Of a stretch of 64,000 nt of DNA, positions 19,586-30,029 are shown piece after piece; the stretch's first letter is position 1, and every line of letters starts with the position of its first letter. The stretch comes from Thermoplasmatales archaeon SW_10_69_26 (GTDB lineage: Archaea > Thermoplasmatota > SW-10-69-26). The notes under the pieces are model-generated. The model was given only the letters and a program-made list of their open reading frames with translations, was not told the origin of the DNA and made no database searches. Made by a program: the position numbers and the translations under genes. The stretch is taken from NCBI GenBank assembly GCA_003009755.1, contig PXUB01000003.1, forward strand, positions 1 to 64,000, written 5' to 3'.

Positions 19586-20623
19586 ATGCCAGGCGGACGC
19601 GCGTCGGGGTCCCCGCTGGACGAGGCCGCGGGGGCCGCGGGACCGCACACCGTCGAGGGGTTCAAGCTGTTGAGCGACGAGACACGGCTGGCCATCTTGT
19701 TGGCCCTCTGGGAAGCCTACGATCCCGAGGAGGGCCGCGGGACCGTCTCGTTCAGCGATCTCTGCGACAGGGTGGGCGCCGCCGACAGCGGCAACTTCGC
19801 CTACCACCTGGACAAGCTCGCGGGCCGCTTCGTCGACGAGCACGAGGCCGGCTACGCCCTGTCCAACGCTGGCCACCGCGTCGTCCGGTCCGTCATCGCC
19901 GGCACGGGCCTCGAGGAGGCCACGCTCGAACCCACGGAGATCCCGCGGTCGTGCCCGACCTGTGGAGACCCGCTCGAGATCACCTATCGGGACCAGCGTC
20001 TCTACCAGCGCTGTTCGGAGTGCGAGGGCAGCCTGGGCCCGAGCTCACCTCTCCGGGCTCCCGAGGGAACCGTGACCGTCCACGACGACTTCGAACCCGC
20101 GGGTCTCGCCGGTCGAACCCCCGAGGAGGTGTTCGTGGCCGGCACGATCGACCAGACCCTCGCGCTCGCGCTGGTCGTCCGCGGCGTCTGCCCCGCCTGC
20201 ACCGGCTCGATCGAGGATGCCCTCCACGTCTGCGAGGACCACGACCCTCCTGTGGGTCACCGTTGCGGGGCCTGCGGCACGCGGGACGAGGTACGCGCCC
20301 GCTACGTGTGCTCGGTGTGCAAGTTCAACGTCTCCTACCCCGCCTGGTGCGTCACGCTCGACCACCCGGCCTCGTTGGCTTTCTACCACGACCACGGCTT
20401 CGAGGGCACCTACGGGCTCGAGGATCCCGAGACGACGGCTCGCCTGTGGGAACGGTTCCGCCGACGGCAGCAGATCGTCGACCGCGACCCGCTCCGCGTC
20501 CGCGTCGTGGTCGAGGACGCCGGCGAGACGTTGGCGCTCCTCCTCGACGGGGAGTTGGACGTGATCGAGGTCGAGGGTCCCCGCCCCGTGGCGGCCGAGC
20601 GGGCGAGCCTCGGGGACCGGTGA
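19586..20623 (+). CDS. ArsR-like winged-helix protein with multiple Zn-ribbon CxxC pairs (haloarchaeal type)
   Basis: FKLLSDETRLAILLALWE, SFSDL..DSGNFAYHLDKL and five CxxC motifs. Confidence 0.85.
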   Translation: MPGGRASGSPLDEAAGAAGPHTVEGFKLLSDETRLAILLALWEAYDPEEGRGTVSFSDLCDRVGAADSGNFAYHLDKLAGRFVDEHEAGYALSNAGHRVVRSVIAGTGLEEATLEPTEIPRSCPTCGDPLEITYRDQRLYQRCSECEGSLGPSSPLRAPEGTVTVHDDFEPAGLAGRTPEEVFVAGTIDQTLALALVVRGVCPACTGSIEDALHVCEDHDPPVGHRCGACGTRDEVRARYVCSVCKFNVSYPAWCVTLDHPASLAFYHDHGFEGTYGLEDPETTARLWERFRRRQQIVDRDPLRVRVVVEDAGETLALLLDGELDVIEVEGPRPVAAERASLGDR

Positions 20624-20741
20624 GGTCCGATCAGCGGGGACTTGGCGGAGGGGGCCTGGCCCCGGACGGGGGCGGTAAGGGTCCACACGCCCGCGTGCCC
20701 TTTATCAAGCCGTTCGGGCATGGGCCGGTGAGGCGTCGACG

Positions 20742-21893
20742 ATGCCCCCCTACAAGCAGATGGGTGAGGTCCCGCCCAAACGGCACACCGAGTTCCGGAC
20801 CGAGGACGGCAAGCTGTTGCGCGAGGAGGTCTTCGGCACCGAGGGCTTCGAGGGTGTCGAAAGCATCCTCTACCACCACCACCCGCCCACCGAGATCAAC
20901 AGCCTCGAGGGCCGGCGCAACGTCGCGCCCGAGGAGTGGGAGCCCGACCAGCACCGCCATCACCACTTCCGCGCCGGCAAGCTCGGTGGCGACGGCGACC
21001 CGATCGACGCCCGCAAGGTCGTCTTGTTCAACGACGAGGCCAACGTGGCGATGGTCAACCCGAGTGAGGACCAGGACCGGTTCTTCCGCAACGCCGGCGC
21101 CGACGAGCTGTGGTTCGTCCGCGAGGGCGAGGGCCACCTCGACACCGTGTTCGGCGAGCTGCACTACACCAGCGGCGACTACATCCACGTCCCCCGCGGG
21201 ACGACCTACCGGTTCCGCAACCCCGCCGGCCACAGGTTCTACCTCGTCGAGAGCTCGGACCCGATCCGCATCCCGGATCACTTCCTCAACGATCGCGGCC
21301 AGCTCGTCGAGGGCGCGCCCTACAGCGAGCGCGACCTCCACGGCCCCAAACAGCTGATCACGAACGACGAGGAGGGCGACTTCGAGCTCGACGTCAAGGT
21401 CGACGAGGCGATCAGCACCTACACGCTCGACAACCACCCCTTCGACGTCGTCGGCTGGGACGGTTACAACTACCCGTTCACGTTCAACATCGCCGACTAC
21501 GAGCCGATCACCGGCAAGATCCACCAGCCACCCCCGGAGCACGTCACCTTCGAGGCCTCCAGCTTCGAGCTGATCAGCTGGGTCCCGCGCAAGGTCGACT
21601 ACCACCCGGACGCGATCCCGGCCCCCTACTACCACAGCAACATCGACACCGACGAGGTCATCTTCTACGTCGAAGGCGAGTTCTCCTCGCGCGAGGGCAT
21701 CGGCGACGAGTCGATCACGATCCACCGCCGCGGCCTGCACCATGGCCCCCAGCCCGGCCGCTACGAGGGATCGATCGGCGTCGACGAGGTCGAGGAAACC
21801 TCGGTCATGATCGAGGCCGACAGCCCGTTCAAGACCACCAAGTGGGCCCACCAGGTCGACGACAGCGAGTACATGTTCAGTTGGGCGGAGTGA
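20742..21893 (+). CDS. hmgA: Homogentisate 1,2-dioxygenase
   Basis: RNAGADEL, HPFDVVGWDG, IHQPPP, PYYHSNIDTDEV and LHHGPQPG. Confidence 0.93.
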   Translation: MPPYKQMGEVPPKRHTEFRTEDGKLLREEVFGTEGFEGVESILYHHHPPTEINSLEGRRNVAPEEWEPDQHRHHHFRAGKLGGDGDPIDARKVVLFNDEANVAMVNPSEDQDRFFRNAGADELWFVREGEGHLDTVFGELHYTSGDYIHVPRGTTYRFRNPAGHRFYLVESSDPIRIPDHFLNDRGQLVEGAPYSERDLHGPKQLITNDEEGDFELDVKVDEAISTYTLDNHPFDVVGWDGYNYPFTFNIADYEPITGKIHQPPPEHVTFEASSFELISWVPRKVDYHPDAIPAPYYHSNIDTDEVIFYVEGEFSSREGIGDESITIHRRGLHHGPQPGRYEGSIGVDEVEETSVMIEADSPFKTTKWAHQVDDSEYMFSWAE

Positions 21894-21897
21894 GGGA

Positions 21898-22357
21898 CGA
21901 GCTCGACCGACCGGGAGAGTTCGTCCCGAACGAGTACGGCTACGGGTAGCTTGGGGCGGTAGCCGTACGTAGTCGGAGGCCAGCGGTGGGTGTTGTGCGC
22001 TGGTCTCCGATGCGAGCTCGACCGACAGGCAGAGCTCGTCCCGAGCGAGTACGGCTACCGGTGGCCTCGTGCGGTAGCCGTGCGACGTCGGAGGCCAGCG
22101 GTGGGTGTTGTGCGCTGGTCTCCGATGCGAGCTCGACCAACTGGGAGAGTTCGTCCCGAGCGAGTACGGCTACGGGTAGCTTGGGGCGGTAGCCGTGCGA
22201 CGTCGGAGGCCAGCGGTGGTGTCGTGCGCTGGTCTCCGAGTTGTGGGGGCTCGACCGACTGGGAGAGTTCGTCCCGAGCGAGTACGGCTACCGGTGGCTT
22301 GGGGTGGTAGCCGTGCGATGTCGGAGGCCAGCGGTGGGTGTCGTGCGCTGGTCTCCG
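21898..22357. repeat. Four ~115-bp tandem hairpin-rich repeat units after hmgA
   Basis: Units start at about 21898, 22013, 22128 and 22246. Each has stems ACGGCTAC/GTAGCCGT and CGGAGGCCAGCG/CGCTGGTCTCCG. Confidence 0.95.
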
Positions 22358-22723
22358 GGTCGTGTCGAGCCCCAGCGCCAGCAGCGTCGGTCGCGCGGGT
22401 CTCCGGCCCGCTCGAGGCCTGCCGGCTCATGGGGACCTCCTCGCCCGCCGCCCTCCCCGGTACGTCGACCTTGACGCCCGGTCCCGAACCGAGCCCGGCC
22501 CCGTGACCACCGCCCGGGCCCCGGCCGCTCCCGGCCGAGTGCCCGTCGGCCGACCCGGACACGCCGTCCGACGTGCCGCCAGCCCGCGCCCGAGATCCTC
22601 GCCCGCCTGGACCCTCCCCCGCGTCCCGCTCCTCGCCCCCTCGGCGGCGCGACCCCGCACGCCCCGGTCCAGCCGAACGCTTATGCGCACCCCCTGCCCT
22701 CACACACCACGGAGGCTGTCTGG

Positions 22724-24091
22724 ATGCAACTCGCCAGCGACGACGCGGCCCTGCGGGGCCTCGTGCTGTTGGCGGCGGCAGGGCTGGCCGTCGCCGGCGT
22801 CCTGTTCGTGACGACGCTCAGCGACGAGGCCGTCTCGCAGGCCAACGAGGACGCCGAGCTGGCCCCGCGCGGGGTCCATCTGAGCTTCACGGAAGACACG
22901 AGCACGACGATGACGGTGACCTGGTTCACCGACGGCGGCGAGGACCCGGGCACCGTGGCCCAGTGGGCATCCACCTGTGAGGACCTCGTGGACCCCGACA
23001 CCCGCTCCTCCACCACCGGCTCGGCCGAGCCGCTCACGCTGGCCCCGGACACCACCGTGCACGAGGCGACCATGACCGGGTTCGAGCCCGGCGAGAGCTT
23101 CGCGTACCGCGTCGGCAGCGCGGCGGGGGGCTTCTCGTCCTGCTGGGAGACCAGCACGATCCCCGAGGAGGGCCCCGTCGACATCGCCTTCTACGGCGAC
23201 CAGGGCCTGACCCCGAACGCCGAGGACGTCCGCGACCAGGTGCTCGAGGAGGATCCGGACCTCGTCCTGATCGCCGGGGACCTGTCGTACGCTGAGGGCG
23301 ACCCCGAGGTGTGGGACGAGTGGTTCGAGGTCCACGAGGAGCTCCACACCGAGACGCCGATCATGACCGCGCCCGGCAACCACGAGACCTACGCGGACAC
23401 CGACCCCGCCACGCTCCCCTACGAGGAGCGGCTGGCCCAGCCCGGCGAGGAGATCTACTACAGCTTCGACGTCGCCAACATGCACTTCCTGGTGCTCCAC
23501 TCCGACCTCGGCGACGCGCGCGAGCAGGGCGTCTACCTGGACATGCTCGAGTTCGCCGAGCGGGACCTCGAGCAGGCCCAGGCCGCCAAGGAGGCCGGCG
23601 AGATCGACCACATCTTCGTCCTGCAGCACCACCCGTTCTACAGCAACACCCAGAGCGTCACTCGGTGGGTGGAGCCCGAGCACACGGTCGTGCAGGAGCA
23701 GTGGCTGCACCGCTACGACGTGGCCATGCTCCTCACTGGCCACAATCACAACTACGAGCGGACCTACCCCGTCGCCTACCAGGCCCCGACCGACACGAGC
23801 GAGGGCCCCTACGAGGACCCGATCGGCTGGATCCAGGTGATCAGCGGCGGCGCCGGGCGCGGCTTGTACGAAATCAAGCACCCCAACGACCAGCTGCCGT
23901 ACTCCGCCACGGTCGAGTTCGCACACCACCACACGAACCTCCACGTGGACGGTGGCGAGGTCGAGGTGGAGGCGGTGCAGGCCCAGTTCCCCGCAGGCCA
24001 GGTGCTCGACGCGTTCACGTACCGCGACACCGGCGAGGACACGCCGGTCCCGACGCCCGAGGACGCGCGGGCCGACGCCCCGTCGCCCTGA
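22724..24091 (+). CDS. Membrane-anchored purple acid phosphatase-like metallophosphoesterase
   Basis: N-terminal TM helix, FN3-like N-domain, and motifs GDQG, GDLSY, GNHE, QHHPFY and GHNHNYER. Confidence 0.9.
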   Translation: MQLASDDAALRGLVLLAAAGLAVAGVLFVTTLSDEAVSQANEDAELAPRGVHLSFTEDTSTTMTVTWFTDGGEDPGTVAQWASTCEDLVDPDTRSSTTGSAEPLTLAPDTTVHEATMTGFEPGESFAYRVGSAAGGFSSCWETSTIPEEGPVDIAFYGDQGLTPNAEDVRDQVLEEDPDLVLIAGDLSYAEGDPEVWDEWFEVHEELHTETPIMTAPGNHETYADTDPATLPYEERLAQPGEEIYYSFDVANMHFLVLHSDLGDAREQGVYLDMLEFAERDLEQAQAAKEAGEIDHIFVLQHHPFYSNTQSVTRWVEPEHTVVQEQWLHRYDVAMLLTGHNHNYERTYPVAYQAPTDTSEGPYEDPIGWIQVISGGAGRGLYEIKHPNDQLPYSATVEFAHHHTNLHVDGGEVEVEAVQAQFPAGQVLDAFTYRDTGEDTPVPTPEDARADAPSP

Positions 24092-24166
24092 CGCCGAGCG
24101 CGGAGGCAACGCCGGGGAGGGAAGCCTTGATGTCGGCCGAGAGCCATTTCCAGGGTGGAGGCTGAC

Positions 24167-26221
24167 ATGCGAGGCGACCCACGGCGAGGCAAGGCGCTGT
24201 TCGTCACGCTCTTCCTTCTGACCACCCCCCTGGCGCTGACCACGGCCGCCGCCCTCGGCGGCCCGACGACCCTCTCGCCCGACGCGGCGCGGACCCCTGT
24301 CGAGGCCGAGGGCCCCCTCGAGGCCGCCCACCAGGCAGCCGACCACGTCGACGCGGTCGCCGCCGCGAACGGGGCCCCTGCGCCGGGATCCACGGCCGTC
24401 GACGCCGTCGGCCCGACGCTGGACCTCGCCGAGGCCCTGCGGACCGCCGACGACCCGGGGATCGACACCGCGCTCGAGCGGGCCCGCCTCGCGAGTGACC
24501 ACCAGATCGGCCGGCTGGGCACCGACGCCGAGCCGGTCACCGCAGGGGACCACGAGCGGCCCAGCCGGGCGCTTACCGCCCTCGCCGACGACCACGACCG
24601 CCGCCTCGCGCTCGACGAGGTCCAGGCCCTGCGGGCCCTCGACCGGCTGCCGACGCCGACGGCTGACGCGCTGGCGGACACCGTCGACGCCTACCGCGCC
24701 TTCGAGACCGCGACCCTCGACGCCGCCGAGCAGGGCGCCTTCGAGGCCATCGCGGACCCGAGCCCCGCCGGCCTGGCGGGCGACGACCACGAGCAGGTGG
24801 CCACCGTGCTCGCCACGCGAACCGCGTTCCTCGACGCCGTCGCCGACCTGCACGCGGCCGCCGACGCGCCGCCCGCCGAGGCGCAGGCACCCGGGGCCTC
24901 GGCCGCCGCCGCGCCGGACGTCGACCTGTGCCCGGTCGCCGCCGTCGACCTCGGTGGCGCCACGAGCTACGAGGCCGACTGCTCGCTGATCGTCGACCTC
25001 GCCGGCGACGATACCTACGCGAACAACGCCGGCGGCGCCCGCGGGGGCGCCGCGGCCGTGGTCGACCTCGGCGGCCAGGACGCGTACGGGGACCCCGTCG
25101 ACCTCGACGACAACGGCGCCAACGGCGGCGCCGTCCAGGGCGCCGGCGTCCTCGTCGACGCCGCCGGGGACGACACCTACGAGGCCCGCTCCTGGGGCGT
25201 CAACGGGGGCGCCTTCCGCGGCGCCGGCCTGCTCGTCGACGGGGGCGGCGCCGACCGCTACCGGGCGGCGACCGACGAGACCGTCACGCGGCTGGCCGAC
25301 AAGGATGTCGGCTCCTACGGCGTCAACGGGGGCGGCCACCGCGGCGGGCTCGGGCTGCTCGTCGACCAAGACGGCCACGACGCCTACGAGGCGGGGACCG
25401 GGCTCGACTGCCAGGCCGTCTGCGCCACCGTCGGCTCCTACGGCGTGAACGGCGGCGGCAACTACGGCGGCCAGGGCCTGCTGCTCGACGCCGGCGGCGA
25501 CGACCGCTACCTGGCCGGCGTCGGCGCGGCGTGCCCGCTGGACTGCGACGACCTGGGGATCAGCGGCGTCAACGGCGGCGGGTTCTTCGGGAACGGCGGC
25601 CTGGTCGACGGCGGCGGCGAGGATGTCTACCGGGCCGGCGTCAACGTCGTCTGCGAGACCTCGGAGTGCCGGGAGATCGGGGAAAGCGGGGTCAACGGCG
25701 GCGCCCAGACGCACGGCGCCGGCGTCCTCGTCGACCACGGGGACGCGGACGACACCTACGAGGCGGGCGTGCACGTGAACTGCGACCCGCGGTGCACCGC
25801 CGGACGCGACGGCGCCAACGGCGCCGGCACCGCCGGGACCGGGCTCCTCGTGGACGAGGGTGGCGACGACGCCTACCGGGCCGGCGTCGACGTGCACATG
25901 CCCTGCGAGGGGACCTCCTGCGACGTGAATGTCGGCGGGGACGGCGCCAACGGCGGCGCCGACAGCGTGGGCCGGGCCGCGCTGGTGGACCTCGGCGGCG
26001 ACGACGCCTACCTCGGCGGGGTCGACGTGACGTGCGAGGCCGAGCTGTGCGAGGTCGGTCAGGAGGCCGTCAACGGCGGCGCTGACCTGGGGGCGGGCCT
26101 GCTCGTCGACGCCCAGGGGACCGACCGGTATGAGGACGACCAGGGCGGCACCGGCACCGACCGGACCGTCGCGCCCAAGGGCGAGCTCGGCGCCCAGATC
26201 GACACCGACGACGCGCCCTGA
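24167..26221 (+). CDS. Secreted protein with GxNGG..GLLVDxxGxDxY repeats and Cys-pair loop inserts
   Basis: GGAGG RBS, signal peptide and many DxxGxDxY repeats. Paralog of 30827-32788. Confidence 0.85.
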   Translation: MRGDPRRGKALFVTLFLLTTPLALTTAAALGGPTTLSPDAARTPVEAEGPLEAAHQAADHVDAVAAANGAPAPGSTAVDAVGPTLDLAEALRTADDPGIDTALERARLASDHQIGRLGTDAEPVTAGDHERPSRALTALADDHDRRLALDEVQALRALDRLPTPTADALADTVDAYRAFETATLDAAEQGAFEAIADPSPAGLAGDDHEQVATVLATRTAFLDAVADLHAAADAPPAEAQAPGASAAAAPDVDLCPVAAVDLGGATSYEADCSLIVDLAGDDTYANNAGGARGGAAAVVDLGGQDAYGDPVDLDDNGANGGAVQGAGVLVDAAGDDTYEARSWGVNGGAFRGAGLLVDGGGADRYRAATDETVTRLADKDVGSYGVNGGGHRGGLGLLVDQDGHDAYEAGTGLDCQAVCATVGSYGVNGGGNYGGQGLLLDAGGDDRYLAGVGAACPLDCDDLGISGVNGGGFFGNGGLVDGGGEDVYRAGVNVVCETSECREIGESGVNGGAQTHGAGVLVDHGDADDTYEAGVHVNCDPRCTAGRDGANGAGTAGTGLLVDEGGDDAYRAGVDVHMPCEGTSCDVNVGGDGANGGADSVGRAALVDLGGDDAYLGGVDVTCEAELCEVGQEAVNGGADLGAGLLVDAQGTDRYEDDQGGTGTDRTVAPKGELGAQIDTDDAP

Positions 26222-26561
26222 GCCGAGACGAGCCCCTCTGGGGGCCCGTCGAGGGCGTCACCACGTTCCACGCGTCGTCCCCCGGTCCGAACGAACGGGG
26301 CGAGGAGGCGTGAGACGCGAGCGTGGCGCCCGAGCCTGCTCGGTCCACTGGCCGCCCTCGTCGCCCCGGTGGCCGGTTCCAGCCGGTCAGCTTCCCCCTC
26401 GAGCCGGGGCAGGCCTGCAGCACGCGGGTCTCCGGGTCGCGGGCCTCGACCGACAGGGAGAGCTCGTCCCCGTTCTCCTCGTCGCTTCGTCTGCCGCCAC
26501 ACATGCTCGGCGCGGCGAAGCCTCACCAGCCCTCCGCGGGTTCGGCCCGCGAGGCCTCGCC

Positions 26562-27851
26562 GTGCCCTCGATCCCCACCACGATCCTGCCTGACAGCACG
26601 CTCTCCTTGATGCGCAAGCCCTACGATTTCATCCGCGAGGAGTGCCAACGCCAGGGCGCCGACCTCTTCGCGACCCGGCTCATGCTCGAGCCGACGATCT
26701 GCGTGACCGGCCCCGAGGCCGCCGAGCTCTTCTACGACGAGGACCGGTTCCGACGCTACGGCGCCGCCCCGGTCCGCGTCCAGAAGACCCTCTTCGGCGA
26801 CGAGGGCATCCAGAGCCTCGACGGCCAGGCCCACCGCCACCGCAAACGGATGCTGATGGACCTGACCACGCCGGAACGGGCCCGGGACCTGGCAGTGCGC
26901 TTCCGGCAACTGTGGCGGTCGACGGTGCCCCGCTGGGCCAGCGCCGACCGCGTCGTGCTCTACGACGAGGTGCGCGAGCTGATCACCCGCAGCGTGTTGC
27001 CCTGGGCCGGCATCCCCGTCGACGAGGACGAGATCCCGACGCGGACCCGCCAGCTCAGCAGCCTCTTCGAGACCGCCGGCGCCGTCGGACCCAAGCATTG
27101 GAAGGGCCGCATGGACCGATGGCAGGCCGACCGCTGGGCCGGTGACCTGATCCAAAGCGTCCGCGATGGCGAGATCGATCCACCGGAGGGCTCCCCGCTG
27201 CACGAGGTCGCCTGGCACCACGACCTGGCCGAGCGGCTGCTCGACCCGCGCGAGGCCGGCGTCGAGCTGTTGAACCTCCTGCGGCCGACCGTCGCCGTCG
27301 GCGTCTACATCACTTTCGTCGCCCACGCCCTCCACCAACACCCCACCTGGGACGACGACATCGACGACGAGCGAGCCTCGCGCTGGTTCGCCGAGGAGGT
27401 CCGCCGACACTACCCCTTCTTCCCCGTCGTCGCCGCCCGCACGCGGCGATCGTTCACCTGGAAGGGCTACCGGTTCCCCGCCGACCGCCGCGTCCTCTTG
27501 GACGTCGACGGCACCAACCACGACCTCCGCGTGTGGGAGGACCCCCACGAGTTCCGGCCCGAACGCTTCCGCGAGGCCGACCACGGCCCCTACGGCTTCA
27601 TCCCGCAAGGCGGCGGCGACCCCGAGACCGGCCACCGATGTCCCGGCGAGGACATCACGCTGGCTCTCACGGAGACGGCGCTGGACTGCCTGCAGCAGAC
27701 CAGCTACGGCGTGCCCGCCCAGGACCAGGCGATCGACCGCAGCCGCTTGCCCGCGTTGCCCTCCGAGGGCTTCGTGATCGACGACGTCGAGCCCCAGCCC
27801 GAGATCGAGGCCGCGATCGAACCGCCCGAACAGCGCCGGACGGCCCCCTGA
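26562..27851 (+). CDS. Cytochrome P450, CYP152 (fatty-acid peroxygenase) family
   Basis: I-helix NLLRPTVAV, EEVRRHYPFFP, and heme motif FIPQGGG...GHRCPGE. Confidence 0.9.
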   Translation: MPSIPTTILPDSTLSLMRKPYDFIREECQRQGADLFATRLMLEPTICVTGPEAAELFYDEDRFRRYGAAPVRVQKTLFGDEGIQSLDGQAHRHRKRMLMDLTTPERARDLAVRFRQLWRSTVPRWASADRVVLYDEVRELITRSVLPWAGIPVDEDEIPTRTRQLSSLFETAGAVGPKHWKGRMDRWQADRWAGDLIQSVRDGEIDPPEGSPLHEVAWHHDLAERLLDPREAGVELLNLLRPTVAVGVYITFVAHALHQHPTWDDDIDDERASRWFAEEVRRHYPFFPVVAARTRRSFTWKGYRFPADRRVLLDVDGTNHDLRVWEDPHEFRPERFREADHGPYGFIPQGGGDPETGHRCPGEDITLALTETALDCLQQTSYGVPAQDQAIDRSRLPALPSEGFVIDDVEPQPEIEAAIEPPEQRRTAP

Positions 27852-27913
27852 TCCACCGTCCGCAGGGATCTCGAAGCGTTCAAGCCGATCCACCAGCGTC
27901 CTCCCCGACCACG

Positions 27914-28333
27914 ATGGTCGACACCCACCAGGACCGGGACATGAGCACGCACTTCACGGTCGTCGCCGCCCTCAACCTCGTCCTCGCCGTGCCCGCCATC
28001 CTGCTGGGCCTGTTCGTCTTCGTCGGCGGCCTGATCGGCGGCGGCGCCGTCGGCGCCTTCTCCGACGTGCCCGCGGTCGGCGGCCTCGTCGCAGGGGCCG
28101 GCATCGTCGTCGGCCTCGGCATCATCGCGTTGGCCATCCCCGCCATCGTCGCTGGCGTCGGCCTGCTCAATCGCACGTCGTGGGCCAAACCCTGGACGAT
28201 CGGGGCCGCCGTCCTGCACCTGATCAACGTCCCGATCGGCACCGCGTTCGGCATCTACGCGCTCTGGGCCATGCTCCAGCCCGAGACCGACCGCGCCCTG
28301 GGTCGGCCTACCTCGGCACCCCAACGCCCATAG
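27914..28333 (+). CDS. Small membrane protein
   Basis: Three to four hydrophobic segments ending in PIGTAFGIYALWAML. Confidence 0.75.
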   Translation: MVDTHQDRDMSTHFTVVAALNLVLAVPAILLGLFVFVGGLIGGGAVGAFSDVPAVGGLVAGAGIVVGLGIIALAIPAIVAGVGLLNRTSWAKPWTIGAAVLHLINVPIGTAFGIYALWAMLQPETDRALGRPTSAPQRP

Positions 28334-28356
28334 GCCACGCTGGGCCTCTCGGACCC

Positions 28357-29433
28357 ATGACCGACCCATCGATCCGCGAACCGGACGTGCTCAACGAGCC
28401 CGGCGCCCGCGAACGCGCCGGCTGGGCCGCCGAAGCCGCCGAGCGCGAGAACGCCTTCGTGATCGCCTCCGGCAGCGTCCAACGCGAGACCCCGATCGTC
28501 GCGGACGTCGAGGAGGCCCTCGAGGACTTCCACGTCGGCACACACGTCGGGATCGGTCAACACGCCCCCAAGGACAACGTCGAGAAGGCCACCGAGGCCG
28601 CGCGCCGCGCCGACGCCGACCTCCTCGTCTCCGTCGGCGGCGGCAGCGTGCTCGACGCCGCCAAGTTCGTGCAACGCGAGCTCTCCGACGGGTTCGAGAC
28701 CGAGATCCCCGCCCACGTCGCGATCCCGACCACGCTGTCCGGCTCCGAGTTCACGATCCTCGCCGGCTGGACCGCCGAGGGCTCCGACGGCCAGCCCGTC
28801 AAGACCGGCATGAGCGACCCCCGCATCGTGCCCGACGTCGCCCTGCTCGACGGCGAAGCCTGCACGTACACGCCGCGCTGGCTGTGGGCCGCCACCGGGA
28901 TCCGCGCCGTCGACCACGCCGTCGAAGGCATCACCAGCTCGCAAGCCACCGAGGAAAGCGACGAGCGCTGCCTCGAAGCGATCGAGCTCTTCGCCGAGCA
29001 CCTGCCCGAGGCCGTCGACGACGCCGACGACGTCGAGGCCCACACCCAGTGCCTGGAGGCGGGCCGCCAAGCCTCGGCCGGCATCAACTACGCCGCCAGC
29101 GGCGCCGGCCTCTCCCACAAGCTCGGCAAGGCGATCGGCTCCACCTGGGACGTCCCCCACGGCGTCACGAGCGCGCTCACGCTGCCCAAGGTGCTCGAGT
29201 TCGAGGCCGAGCGCCAGCCCGAACGCGTCGCGCTCATCGAGGACGCGCTGGGCGTCGACGACGCCGCGGACGCCATCCGCCAGCTCGTCGCCGACGTCGG
29301 CATCGAGCGCAAGCCGCTCAAGGAGTACGGCATCGAGGGTACAGATGTGCCCTGGATCGTCGAGTACGCGCTCGGCAAGCGCGACGACGACGTCGAGCAG
29401 CTGACGCTGGAGCTGCTGGAAGACGTGGAATAG
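28357..29433 (+). CDS. Iron-containing alcohol dehydrogenase family (maleylacetate reductase-like)
   Basis: SVGGGSVLDAAK, IPTTLSGSE, AVDHAVEG and SHKLG...VPHG. Confidence 0.9.
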   Translation: MTDPSIREPDVLNEPGARERAGWAAEAAERENAFVIASGSVQRETPIVADVEEALEDFHVGTHVGIGQHAPKDNVEKATEAARRADADLLVSVGGGSVLDAAKFVQRELSDGFETEIPAHVAIPTTLSGSEFTILAGWTAEGSDGQPVKTGMSDPRIVPDVALLDGEACTYTPRWLWAATGIRAVDHAVEGITSSQATEESDERCLEAIELFAEHLPEAVDDADDVEAHTQCLEAGRQASAGINYAASGAGLSHKLGKAIGSTWDVPHGVTSALTLPKVLEFEAERQPERVALIEDALGVDDAADAIRQLVADVGIERKPLKEYGIEGTDVPWIVEYALGKRDDDVEQLTLELLEDVE

Positions 29434-29558
29434 GAAGGGCGGAGGCCTGCGGGCTTGGGTCCTCCGACGATCTCAGCCTGACCAGATCGACCCGATCGGA
29501 GAACGTCCGCTGTAGCCACCGGAAGGACTAAGCCACTTGGCGGTCTTAGATATGCCAT

Positions 29559-30029
29559 ATGGCACTAGGCGCCGGGGCGGGGGATGCGCCCTCTGTCGAG
29601 GCGGCAGGCGACACCGAGCTCCCGACGGTCATCCGGAGCTTGAACTTGCAGGCGTCGAGCCCGCTCGCGGTCGCCGACGAGATCGAACAGGGGTTGGGCG
29701 TCGACGCGCTGGAAGCCCTGCAAGAGACCCTCCGGTTGTCCGGTGACCAGATGGCCGAGGCCATCGGTATCTCCCCCCGAACGCTCTCCCGGAGGAGGGA
29801 CGCCGGCATGCTCACCCCCGAGGAGTCGGACCGGCTCGTTCAGCTCGGGATCCTGTTCGACGAAGCCGTCGCGCTCTTCGACGGCGAAGTCGAGCAAGCC
29901 CGCGATTGGTTCAAGCACCCGACGCGAGCTCTGGGGGACGCGTCCCCGCTGGCCACGGCCAGCACGTTCGTCGGCGCCCGCGAGGTGGAGAAGCTCATCG
30001 GCCGACTGGAGCACGGGGTCTTCGCTTGA
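29559..30029 (+). CDS. Xre/MbcA/ParS-type antitoxin
   Basis: HTH IGISPRTLSRR, LTPEESDRL, W..P.RALG..PL and LEHGVF. Confidence 0.9.
   Translation: MALGAGAGDAPSVEAAGDTELPTVIRSLNLQASSPLAVADEIEQGLGVDALEALQETLRLSGDQMAEAIGISPRTLSRRRDAGMLTPEESDRLVQLGILFDEAVALFDGEVEQARDWFKHPTRALGDASPLATASTFVGAREVEKLIGRLEHGVFA

Noticed and set aside
21898-22357. CRISPR array or coding repeat
   Set aside because: There are no unique spacers. The overlapping ORFs are Arg/Ser-rich and lack the acidic codon pattern of real genes here.
22700-25897. Very long antisense ORFs (e.g. 1065 aa here, 996 aa at 5436-8426, and the upstream part of 42435-46220)
   Set aside because: They are shadow frames of real high-GC genes on the opposite strand and show no family motifs.
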